Source: Dehalococcoidia bacterium (GTDB lineage: Bacteria; Chloroflexota; Dehalococcoidia; Lucifugimonadales; UBA3495). Taken from it: a stretch of DNA of 64,000 bases. Positions within the stretch are counted from its first letter, which is position 1. Each line of letters begins with the position of its first letter. The DNA lies in NCBI GenBank assembly GCA_965201145.1, contig CBDAVT010000002.1, forward strand, positions 841,084 to 905,083, in the 5' to 3' direction. Of this stretch, positions 8,350 through 16,693 are shown piece by piece. Position numbers and translations under genes: made by a program. Under the pieces are notes generated by a model, which was not told the origin of the DNA, did no database searches, and saw nothing but the letters and a program-made list of their open reading frames with translations.

Positions 8350-10227
8350 TCAGGTAGCGGAGGTGCGCTGGTGCTGGCCGATGTAGCCGACTATCACCTT
8401 TTGCGTTGGGCGATCCCAGTCAAAGGCGATGCGGATAGTACGGCGAGGGTCAAAACTGTTGCCTTTGCCAATGTGTTCGCGGAGCCAGATACGCCGGCCG
8501 TTAACCCGGGTGCTGTAGGAGTCGGGATACTGCATCATGGTCGTTTCGTGCTGGCTGGTCTTGTACCACATCTTACAGGCCAGACGGCAGGATTCGTCCA
8601 TATCCGGAATAGGATTATTGCCCAAATGCGAGTCATAGTAGTCAGTTGCCAACCACTTGAGGGCATTCCATACCTGTTCCGGCCACTTGAAAGCGCTGGT
8701 ATCCACAGTTGAATGGGCATTGAAGAGGAACATCAACTGCTCCGAAAAGCGCTCCTCGGCTAACTGAACCGCCGCCTTCACGTCCGCCAACTCCGGCACG
8801 GCATCCGCCTCTTCCCCGTTTTCCTGATAAGTCAGGGCCAAACGCCAGCCTTCCCCTCGGTGCCGACTTTCATACAACTGCTGTTCCAGCGCTTTCACCT
8901 GCTGCTTGAGGCTTTCATTCGCGTGTTCCAGCTCTTCGTTTTCCTGTTCCAGTTCCTGAAATTCCAGACGCCGCCGCAGATAGTCTTCGATTTCGCAAGG
9001 GGGTATGGGATTATGTTGGTCGTACCAGTCGCCGGCCTCCGGGTCAGCCGGGGCGGATTGGTCAGATTCCGCAGCGGCATTGCTCCCGTCGTTAGCGGCG
9101 TCAGCGGCGGTGGCCTGGCTGCTGGCGCCGAGGGCAGCGCCGTATTCCGACCCGCCGTCAGCATCGACTTTACACACAGGCTCTGAGTCATCGTCTCCGG
9201 AGTCCTGAGGGTCGCCGGCGCCAGTCGCATCACTGCCGGCGAACATCCGCTGCAAAGCCTCGCCGGCGGCGGTGATGCGCGGGAACATTTCAGCTCGCTG
9301 GGCCATAAGCTCAATTTCCCGGGCGACCACCGGGGCTTGGGCGCGGATGGACACATATTGAGCCAGAAGCCCCTGCAATCCTTCAGCCTGTTCCCGTATT
9401 TGCTGGAAAGAAACACCGGGTGCGGTGTTCCTCAAGTCCCAAGCGGAGGCGTCGCACTGGAAAAATTCCAGCAGGTCGGCATAATCCGACTCGAATTCAG
9501 CCAGAAATTCAGCCAGCGCCGCGGCCGCTTCCCGGTCTGCCCCCTTAGTTTCAACAAGGTTGGAAACGGAGGAGATAAACTTCGGGATAAGGGATTCCCA
9601 CTCGGCGGCAGTGGGAGGCAGGTTAGTCAATGCGGACAGGGTGTCATTCAGCAGCCGGCCGACCGTCATTTCGCCGTCGAAATCCGCAATGGGGTTTTCC
9701 GTTTCCTCCGAGCCAGCCACCAAAGCCTTGCCCGTCAACAGTTGAACCATCAGGGTCACCGCATCCTTGTCCTGGTCAGCGTGGCAGTCCAGACACCGCT
9801 GCAAGGCAACGGACAAGGCCGAATCATTGCCAACCAGCTCCAGCGGTTCGACCAGAGAATCGAGATTCCGTACCGGGATATTCAGACCCTCCAGTTGGGC
9901 GGTTACCGATTGGCGCAGCTGGGATTGGGATTCACCCCAAGCTCGCAGCGCCAGCAAAGCCAATTGGGAGGAGCCGCGGACGCAATGGCACAATTGCTTC
10001 AAAATCCGCATCGTGGGCGCCTGGCTGGCATATCGGAACCCTTGCGCATTTACGTGGCGGTCAATAGCCTGGTTTAGCGTGGCGCTAACATCCGGCGGCA
10101 ACTGCTTTCGGCAATCCAATACCTGTCTGACCACCGATTCCAGGAAGTCGTCGGTCATCATCCCGAATAAAACGGAGGCCGGCGCCATATTCAGAGTATC
10201 GTCCGGGCTGCCCAATGTATCCTGCAT
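8350..10227 (-). CDS. Hypothetical 625-aa protein (helical N-terminus, acidic disordered linker, coiled coil, conserved-looking C-terminal domain)
   Basis: Long ATG-initiated ORF. No family recognised. The C-terminus ...RRIWLREHIGKGNSFDPRRTIRIAFDWDRPTQKVIVGYIGQHQRT loosely resembles RelE/ParE-type beta-strand patterns. Confidence 0.6.
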   Translation of the reverse strand: MQDTLGSPDDTLNMAPASVLFGMMTDDFLESVVRQVLDCRKQLPPDVSATLNQAIDRHVNAQGFRYASQAPTMRILKQLCHCVRGSSQLALLALRAWGESQSQLRQSVTAQLEGLNIPVRNLDSLVEPLELVGNDSALSVALQRCLDCHADQDKDAVTLMVQLLTGKALVAGSEETENPIADFDGEMTVGRLLNDTLSALTNLPPTAAEWESLIPKFISSVSNLVETKGADREAAAALAEFLAEFESDYADLLEFFQCDASAWDLRNTAPGVSFQQIREQAEGLQGLLAQYVSIRAQAPVVAREIELMAQRAEMFPRITAAGEALQRMFAGSDATGAGDPQDSGDDDSEPVCKVDADGGSEYGAALGASSQATAADAANDGSNAAAESDQSAPADPEAGDWYDQHNPIPPCEIEDYLRRRLEFQELEQENEELEHANESLKQQVKALEQQLYESRHRGEGWRLALTYQENGEEADAVPELADVKAAVQLAEERFSEQLMFLFNAHSTVDTSAFKWPEQVWNALKWLATDYYDSHLGNNPIPDMDESCRLACKMWYKTSQHETTMMQYPDSYSTRVNGRRIWLREHIGKGNSFDPRRTIRIAFDWDRPTQKVIVGYIGQHQRTSAT

Positions 10228-10580
10228 CGTAGTTCCCTGCCAATTCCATTAGTTAGTATCCCTAATGGCCGGTTCACAAATTGCCGGCCCTCGATTTTTT
10301 CCGGTGCGTCAATTCCGGGTAACACCCTGGCCGGCCTCAAGCCGCCAAACCCAAATTGCGGTAAGTAATTTAACTATACCGGACTAAAACTTGGGCCCGC
10401 AAACCCAGGGTGGACGTTGGGATAACCCAATTGATTATAGGCATTCAAAGGAAGGCGTACAATATAACCGAGGTTCCGGTATTCTTAACCTAAGGTGGAA
10501 ATAGCTATATAGCGGCATTGTCAGGGATGGCCCAAACTAAATAGCAGCACAGGTTAAGAATTCCACTGCATCCCCCCATC

Positions 10581-10609
10581 TTGCCCCCAGCACCTTCACA
10601 AGCTATAAT
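10581..10609 (+). promoter_or_regulatory. Candidate sigma70-type promoter (TTGCCC-17-TATAAT)
   Basis: -35 at 10581..10586 and -10 at 10604..10609, with a 17-nt spacer. Lies upstream of a 7-bp hairpin (10617..10647) and the GGGAGG RBS of the 10695 ORF. Confidence 0.4.
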
Positions 10610-10694
10610 TTCCTTGGCTACCTACCAGGGGCGGCGGAGCAGGTAGCTCCTCATTAAACGTAGCTCCGTCGCCAATTTTCGGGAGGCTGTACCT

Positions 10695-11162
10695 TTGGGA
10701 AACCTTGCCGCTGTTGCCCTGGAACCCCGCAACGAGGGGTTCGTTGCCTCAGTCCCGATTGCTCAACTGGAACGGTTGGGCGACAAGCCGGAAGTTTCAT
10801 TGCAAATCGCTTGCGACGCCTATACCCGGGCCGTGGAAACTATGCGCGAAGTGTTGGCCGATCTGGATTACTACAAAAGTAACCGCATCCGCATTCCGGC
10901 CCGCAAGGTGTGGGAACTGGGCGATGCCGTATTTGTCCTGGGCGCCGAAATGGGCGGCAATTTTATGGAAGTGGACGGCCTGAACGATCATCTGGTACGG
11001 GACCTGGGAATTAACGTCAAACGAATGGGAACCATCCTTACCTTCCGCCGCAACCTGCCGGACAAGGAAGTTATCCCCGAAACCCTGGGCTGGAGCCAAT
11101 GCGAGAAGCAGGCCAGAAAGGTGGCCGAAGAGCTCAAGTCCACCCAGCCCCGGTCAGAATAA
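10695..11162 (+). CDS. Hypothetical protein (155 aa)
   Basis: TTG start preceded by GGGAGG 8 nt upstream. No recognisable family. Divergent from the 625-aa orphan. Confidence 0.5.
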   Translation: MGNLAAVALEPRNEGFVASVPIAQLERLGDKPEVSLQIACDAYTRAVETMREVLADLDYYKSNRIRIPARKVWELGDAVFVLGAEMGGNFMEVDGLNDHLVRDLGINVKRMGTILTFRRNLPDKEVIPETLGWSQCEKQARKVAEELKSTQPRSE

Positions 11163-11225
11163 ACGTGGCCTCTATTGCCGGTACAACAGCCCCCACCCGT
11201 GCGCCGACCCCGTGATTTTTTCGCC

Positions 11226-12233
11226 ATGCAGCTAAGAGACTTGGGGGAATTTGGCCTTATTGAACGGCTGAATGGCATGGTAACCCGGGAGCGGCGCGGC
11301 CGGGATAACGGGGCGGCCTACGGCTTCACCTTGCTGGTAGATACCGGCGACGATACCGCCGCCTGGACTTCCGGCGCGGCCACTGAACTCTTCACCACCG
11401 ATACCGTAGTCGAAGGGATTCACTTCACCCGGGAGACCACTCCCTGGCTCGACCTGGGCTGGAAGTCCCTGGCTTCCAACATCAGCGACATCGCCGCTAT
11501 GGGCGGGCTGCCCCTCTACGCCCTGGTTACTCTGGGCCTGCCGCCGGAAACCGAGGTGGCCCAGATTGAGGAGCTTTACCGGGGTATGCTGGAGATTGGC
11601 GAAAAGTTCGGCGTAGCCATCATCGGCGGTGATATAGTGCGCTCCCCGGTAGTCTTTATCACGGTGGCTCTCACCGGGGTACGCCGCAGCGTCCCGATGC
11701 GGCGCGCCACTGCCCAACCGGGCGACCAGGTGGGCGTTACCGGCTATCTGGGTTCCTCCGGCGGAGGGCTGAAGCTGCTGCTGGAAAACCGCCCCGCCGC
11801 GGCGTCCGCCGCCCGCTACCTGCAAGAGGCCCACCGGCGCCCCCAACCGGCGGTGGCTGCCGGACAACTCCTCGCCCGGGCCGGCGTCCTGACAGCCATG
11901 GACGTGAGCGACGGGCTGGCGGACGACCTGTCAAAGCTGTGTCTGTCCAGCGAAAGGGCGGCCCGTATTTACTCGGAACACATTCCCGTGCATCCCCACC
12001 TGAAGGAGACCTTCCCCGACGAGTTTCTCGATTTGGCCCTTAACGGCGGCGAGGATTACCTGCTCTTGTTTACGGCGCCCGAATCAATTATGCGGGAAGT
12101 AATTCCGGAACTGCCCGAGGGGGCCGCCGTAGTGGGCGAGATTATTGACGGGCCGGCCGGCCAGGTTTCGCTGGTCGGAGCCGACGGCGATGAGATTGTG
12201 GTGAATCGGGCCGGCTGGGACCATTTCGGGTAA
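11226..12233 (+). CDS. thiL: Thiamine-monophosphate kinase
   Basis: MQLRDLGEFGLIERL N-terminus, DDTAAW, and AIR-synthase-like fold motifs (ALVTLGLP, GGDIV). Confidence 0.85.
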   Translation: MQLRDLGEFGLIERLNGMVTRERRGRDNGAAYGFTLLVDTGDDTAAWTSGAATELFTTDTVVEGIHFTRETTPWLDLGWKSLASNISDIAAMGGLPLYALVTLGLPPETEVAQIEELYRGMLEIGEKFGVAIIGGDIVRSPVVFITVALTGVRRSVPMRRATAQPGDQVGVTGYLGSSGGGLKLLLENRPAAASAARYLQEAHRRPQPAVAAGQLLARAGVLTAMDVSDGLADDLSKLCLSSERAARIYSEHIPVHPHLKETFPDEFLDLALNGGEDYLLLFTAPESIMREVIPELPEGAAVVGEIIDGPAGQVSLVGADGDEIVVNRAGWDHFG

Positions 12234-12248
12234 GGTAGGTCGGGGTTG

Positions 12249-12728
12249 ATGGCCGAACAGTTGCACATACGTACCGAATCGCCGGAAGAAACTCAGGCCC
12301 TTGGCCGTCTCCTGGGGGAAAGGGCGCAGCCGGGCGATGTATTCCTGCTTACCGGCCCGTTGGGGGCCGGCAAGACTTGCCTGACCCAGGGAATCGCCTG
12401 GGGACTGGGCGTTGTCGAATACGCCCGCAGCCCTACCTTTGTTATAATGACTCGCTACCGCGGGCGGCTGACGCTGTACCACTTCGACCTGTACCGGATC
12501 GACGACCCTCTGGAGACGTGGGACCTGGGCCTGGACGAGCAGCTCTTTGGCGACGGGGCCTGCGTGGTGGAGTGGGCGGACCGGGCTGAGGAAATTTTCC
12601 CCCCGGACTGCCTTTGGCTGGACCTGGATTACGCCGAAGCCGGCGACGGGCGCACCATTACCATTACCGATGCCCCGCCGCGTTACCAGTCCATGCTGAA
12701 TTCATTGGCAAGTTATTCCCGGGAATGA
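12249..12728 (+). CDS. tsaE: tRNA t6A37 biosynthesis ATPase TsaE
   Basis: P-loop GPLGAGKTCLTQGIA, then SPTFVI...HFDLYR, characteristic of TsaE/YjeE. Confidence 0.85.
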   Translation: MAEQLHIRTESPEETQALGRLLGERAQPGDVFLLTGPLGAGKTCLTQGIAWGLGVVEYARSPTFVIMTRYRGRLTLYHFDLYRIDDPLETWDLGLDEQLFGDGACVVEWADRAEEIFPPDCLWLDLDYAEAGDGRTITITDAPPRYQSMLNSLASYSRE

Positions 12729-12804
12729 CCCGGACGGCATTCTACGGCGTAAACCGATGTTGACCGCGCCCGACTTCCCGGTTCGGGAGCGGAGAAGGAA
12801 TCTA

Positions 12805-13500
12805 ATGCTGCTGGCTATCGACACCTCAACCCGCAACGCCGGGGCGGCGCTGGCCCGGGACGGCCAGGTAGTATCGGCCCACTCCTGGCGTTCGGCAGTA
12901 AACCATACTGCCGAGTTGATGCCGGCCGTGTCCCAACTGCTGACGGCAGCCGGGTTGACGGTCAATGACCTGGATGGGATCACCGTAGCTCTGGGCCCAG
13001 GCGGATTCAGCGCCCTGCGCGTCGGTATGAGCGTGGCCAAGGGGCTGGCGATGGTCTCGGGTAAGCCGCTGCTGGGAGTGAATACCCTGGAGGCTGAAGC
13101 TCAACTCTACCTGAAATCGGGCCTGACCGTCTGCCCCATGCTGGACGCCGGGCGCGGCGAAGTGGCATCGGCCTGCTTTGCCCCCGGGGGACAGCGGGTC
13201 CGGGAAGATATTATTTGCTCCCCGGAAGAGTTGCTGGAAGAGCTGTTGCCGGTCACGGCAGGAGCCATCCTCTTCTGCGGGGAAGGTTTGCCGCCCTACG
13301 CTGACCTGATTGGGCCGCGGCTGGGTTCGCGAGCGGTCATAACCGGCCATACGCCGGCGGCCCGGCTGTGGGCGCTGGCGGAACTGGGCCAGCGGCGGCT
13401 GACCGCCGGCGCCGGCGCTGACCTGGCGACCTTGCAGCCCCACTACCTTCGGATGCCCAGCATCGGCGGCCCCAAGCGCCGGGACCGGGTAAGACAATAA
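12805..13500 (+). CDS. tsaB: tRNA t6A37 biosynthesis protein TsaB
   Basis: MLLAIDTSTRNAGAAL..., GPGGFSALRVGMSVAKGLA. Follows tsaE; GGAGAAGGA RBS. Confidence 0.8.
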   Translation: MLLAIDTSTRNAGAALARDGQVVSAHSWRSAVNHTAELMPAVSQLLTAAGLTVNDLDGITVALGPGGFSALRVGMSVAKGLAMVSGKPLLGVNTLEAEAQLYLKSGLTVCPMLDAGRGEVASACFAPGGQRVREDIICSPEELLEELLPVTAGAILFCGEGLPPYADLIGPRLGSRAVITGHTPAARLWALAELGQRRLTAGAGADLATLQPHYLRMPSIGGPKRRDRVRQ

Positions 13501-13541
13501 TAATCCGGTAACTTTCGCTTCATTCGTATATAGACAGAAAG

Positions 13542-13724
13542 CAGGGCTATCGCATATGAAAAAATTTCAGGCTCAGAACGGAACTTTCCGATGTTTTGGC
13601 GGCGCTTTACTGGGTAATCAACATCAAAACCAACGGTTTAAGTCTTAAATTACCCAAATTTAGCAGTTAAAAACGGAGATTTACCCGTCAATTGGCCTCT
13701 TAAAATCCATATGCGATAGCCCTG
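13542..13724. mobile_element. MITE-like non-autonomous element, copy 1 (183 bp, 17-bp TIRs, 10-bp TSD)
   Basis: TIRs are CAGGGCTATCGCATATG...CATATGCGATAGCCCTG. Flanked by an exact direct repeat AGACAGAAAG (13532..13541 and 13725..13734). A near-identical inverted copy lies at 35129..35311. Confidence 0.85.
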
Positions 13725-13748
13725 AGACAGAAAGGAATTGAACTAGCT

Positions 13749-14201
13749 ATGGCAGAACGTACACTGGTATTGGTAAAACCCGACGGAGTGCAGCGGGGTC
13801 TGATTGGAGAAGTTATCACCCGGCTGGAACGCCGGGGGCTGCAACTGGTTGGAATGAAACTGATGCAGGTCGATACGGAATTGGCCCAGTGTCATTACGG
13901 AGAGCATGTGTCCCGTCCCTTTTTTGCGGGACTGGTCCAGTTCATCACCGCATCGCCGGTGGTGGCAATGGTTTGGGAAGCCAACAACGCAGTGAGCATT
14001 GTGCGGCAGTCCATGGGCGAAACCAACCCGGTCAGTTCGCCGGCCGGCACGATACGAGGCGATTTCGGCATCGACATCGGGCGCAACCTGGTGCACGGTT
14101 CGGACAGTCCGGAGTCGGCGGAGCGGGAAGTCAACCTCTTCTTCCGCCCGGAGGAGATTCTCAGCTACCAACGGGCTCTGGACCCCTGGCTGACTGAGTA
14201 G
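13749..14201 (+). CDS. ndk: Nucleoside diphosphate kinase
   Basis: [23 protein letters not shown]..., NLVHGSDS active-site region. Confidence 0.95.
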   Translation: MAERTLVLVKPDGVQRGLIGEVITRLERRGLQLVGMKLMQVDTELAQCHYGEHVSRPFFAGLVQFITASPVVAMVWEANNAVSIVRQSMGETNPVSSPAGTIRGDFGIDIGRNLVHGSDSPESAEREVNLFFRPEEILSYQRALDPWLTE

Positions 14202-14522
14202 CTACAGAACCCGGACAACCTGGGGAGCGCGGGCCCAGAGGCGTTCCAGTTCGTAGAACTCCCGCTCCTCGGGCCCAAAAATGTGGACGATGATGTCGCT
14301 GAAGTCCAGCAGAATCCAGCCCGAGGCCGGCGTGCCTTCCCGATGGAACCGGCGGACTCCCGACTCCTTCATAGCTCCGGTAATATCCTCTTCCAAAGCT
14401 TCGATCTGACGGGACGAGCTGCCGGACATGATTACAAAGTAATCGGTGAAAGGGGCCAGCCCCCTCAGGTCCAACATAACGATGTCCTCGGCCAGTTTCT
14501 CCGAGGCGACTTCTACCGCCAA
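14202..14522 (-). CDS. rsfS: Ribosomal silencing factor RsfS
   Basis: Iojap-like: KLAEDIVMLDLRGLAPFTDYFVIMSGSSSRQ...GWILLDFSDIIVHIF. TTG start. Confidence 0.85.
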   Translation of the reverse strand: MAVEVASEKLAEDIVMLDLRGLAPFTDYFVIMSGSSSRQIEALEEDITGAMKESGVRRFHREGTPASGWILLDFSDIIVHIFGPEEREFYELERLWARAPQVVRVL

Positions 14523-14735
14523 TTGAGCTACTTCTGCAGAATTCAGACCGGCACCTCACTGCGCACTGCTTTATTTGTTTTCTCAATTTGGAGTATAGCC
14601 GAGTCAAGTAGGCGGGTCAATGTTGAAGTGGGTGCCCTAATGACATGCAGAGTCTGGCAGGCAGTTGGACCTTACGCTGAGGGCCCCGCGTACCCGCACC
14701 CTCAGTATAGGTGGGAATTACCAAGAGAAATGCCT

Positions 14736-15474
14736 TTACTCCCCTTCGCCGAAATAGGCTTGTAGAAACTGGAATGCTTGACGCTTTTGTTCCTCGGAGG
14801 CTGACTGTAGTATAGCCATTACGTTCAACCAGCCGGATTCGTCATCCCAATAGTTCTTCTTCATAACTTGATGCCGGCCGCAAAGCGGTTGCCATTGTTC
14901 CGGGTCTGTAGCATCGGCATTGGCATATATTGAGTGGGGCACTTTATGGTCAGGGGTCAGGCGAACCGTCCCACCTCCCACTGGGTCAATATCGCCTTGC
15001 TTTAGACCGCAGATAACGCCGCTTTCCTCCCACGCACACGCCGAATCATGAGCGGAAAGGATAACTTCCCAGACAGCGCTGGTCGGCCGCGACCGTTTGG
15101 ATGCGGCACTGCGGCGTTCTGAGTTGGGCATCATATATTCACTGACGCGGAGGTGGCCCCGGTTACGCCAGGAAAGAATTTATCTTTCGGTCATTATCGA
15201 GCCTTGCCTTGTGGTGGCCCCGGTTACGCCAAGAAAGAATGGTGTAACCGTCGTCTGTACGAAGTTCTGACAGTCGCTGATGCCAATTCTCCGGTATGCG
15301 TCCACTCTGAGGATCTGTAGCAACCTCAATAAGTTGTTCCCTTGTAGCTACCTTTCCCAAGTTTTCCAAGAAAAAAGCTTCCATCCTGGCTTTGATCGAA
15401 CGCTGCGGATAAGGACCGCGTACCGTTGCATTCCGGTCTTCTGTTTCTGTTTCAATATGGCGGTCTTCTACCAT
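14736..15474 (-). pseudogene. HNH-type restriction endonuclease candidate, split into two ORFs (15163..15474 and 14736..15134) by a 61-nt repeat-bounded segment
   Basis: The N-terminal fragment has wHTH-like ...NWHQRLSELRTDDGYTILSWRNRGH. The C-terminal fragment has DHKVPHS...LCGRHQVMKKNYW (beta-beta-alpha-Me/HNH-like). Removing one repeat copy plus the spacer fuses the two in frame. The start overlaps the stop of the upstream methyltransferase. Confidence 0.6.
15152..15240. repeat. 28-nt direct repeat pair (27/28 identical) with 33-nt spacer inside the endonuclease gene
   Basis: GGTGGCCCCGGTTACGCCAGGAAAGAAT at 15152..15179 and GGTGGCCCCGGTTACGCCAAGAAAGAAT at 15213..15240. The offset is 61 nt, not a multiple of 3. 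Confidence 0.9.
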
Positions 15475-16192
15475 AAACTACTCCCAGCCTTTCTCTCGTC
15501 ACATCCAGCCACTTGGCTGAATGGTCGCACAACAGGGCGCGTCTCTCTAACATCCGGCATACCTCACCCGTAGTGCCGGCGCCACACATAGGGTCGATTA
15601 CCAAGTCTTCTTTCTTGGTAGTCATCAGAATGAGCGGTTCAATAACTGCTAAAGGCTTTTGGGCAGGATGTCCCGTCTGTTCCTTTTTTCCGACGAAACC
15701 GATGTTAAGGGGCGCTTCTAACACCGATGGCGGTCCCGGTATAAAACGCATCTTCCCAGAATTGAGACGCTCTAACTGTCCGTCGGACAGGAAGTGTTCA
15801 GGATACATGGTGGCATTGATTGCTGATATATGCAGGCAGGTGTATTGCGCGGAACGCCAGCCTCTAACTACTGAAGGACAGTTCTTGTAATACCAGGTAA
15901 GCCACATGGCCAATTGATGAGTCTGTGGGAGAAGGGGAATTTGACGAGACACAATCTCGGGGAATCCCCACACAAATACATGCTCCGCAAGATTGCAAGC
16001 GGCCGACACAACTTCCGATAGCCAATCATCATAGTCAGCTCGCTCACCACCGATGCCCCGGTTGTACCAAGGGTCAAGGACCACAGTTTGTGCAGATGGA
16101 GCAGTTCTCAAAGTGTCAAGGACATCTGCAGGAGGTAGAACTTCAACATTTTGCATTTCTGGCGGTATATCAAATAGTCTGGCGTTTACCAT
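15452..16192 (-). CDS. Beta-class N6-adenine/N4-cytosine DNA methyltransferase
   Basis: Motif IV-like DPWY (VVLDPWYN) precedes HPAQKPLAVIEPLI and motif I DPMCGAGTTG, the beta-class order. G+C is lower than the flanks by eye. Confidence 0.85.
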   Translation of the reverse strand: MVNARLFDIPPEMQNVEVLPPADVLDTLRTAPSAQTVVLDPWYNRGIGGERADYDDWLSEVVSAACNLAEHVFVWGFPEIVSRQIPLLPQTHQLAMWLTWYYKNCPSVVRGWRSAQYTCLHISAINATMYPEHFLSDGQLERLNSGKMRFIPGPPSVLEAPLNIGFVGKKEQTGHPAQKPLAVIEPLILMTTKKEDLVIDPMCGAGTTGEVCRMLERRALLCDHSAKWLDVTRERLGVVYGRRPPY

Positions 16193-16265
16193 TAATACAC
16201 TCCGAACTGCATAGGAGTTGTCGAAATGAGTTGCATTCAGCTAACCCTTTCGGCACGCACAAATC

Positions 16266-16691
16266 CTACTCCCCTGCCGGCTTGAAGTACGGCACGGTTA
16301 TCTGGTCGTTGGCCCGGACGAAGGTTACTTCCACCGGCATACCGATAGTTACGTCCCGGGGATTGCATTCCACGATGTTGGTGAACATCTTTACCCCCTC
16401 CTCCAGTTCCACCAGGGCCAGAACGTAAGGCACCTCCTCAGCAAACCCCGGTGTGCGGTTCTGGTAGGTAACCGTAAAAGTCCACACCGTCCCCTTGCCG
16501 CTGGCCCGTACCCACCGGATACTTTCCGACCAGCAGTTAGCGCAGATGCCCCGGGGGTAGAACTGGTATTCGCCGCAACGGTCGCACTTTTGAATCAGCA
16601 GTTCCCCGCGGCGACAGGATTCCCAATAGGGCCTGGTTTCGCCCACCACGCTGGGCAAGGGCTTGTTCCATTCCGACCTGGCTGTAGTCAT
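16266..16691 (-). CDS. DUF35 Zn-ribbon/OB-fold protein (thiolase partner)
   Basis: C4 zinc ribbon CDRCGEYQFYPRGICANC followed by an OB-fold region. Sits directly downstream of the thiolase, the canonical pairing. Confidence 0.8.
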   Translation of the reverse strand: MTTARSEWNKPLPSVVGETRPYWESCRRGELLIQKCDRCGEYQFYPRGICANCWSESIRWVRASGKGTVWTFTVTYQNRTPGFAEEVPYVLALVELEEGVKMFTNIVECNPRDVTIGMPVEVTFVRANDQITVPYFKPAGE

Positions 16692-16693
16692 TT

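Noticed and set aside
10228-10694. 467-bp AT-richer intergenic region, together with other spacers longer than 150 bp (17888..18061, 29036..29239, 31303..31519, 57614..57910), scanned for tRNA, tmRNA, RNase P or riboswitch-like sequence.
   Set aside because: No cloverleaf-compatible acceptor/T-arm pattern or familiar conserved RNA motif was recognised by eye. A covariance-model scan would be needed to exclude small RNAs.
14677-14705. Hairpin CTGAGGG...CCCTCAG downstream of the HNH ORF, considered as a terminator.
   Set aside because: It has a 15-nt loop and no U-tract on either strand, so it is not convincing as an intrinsic terminator.
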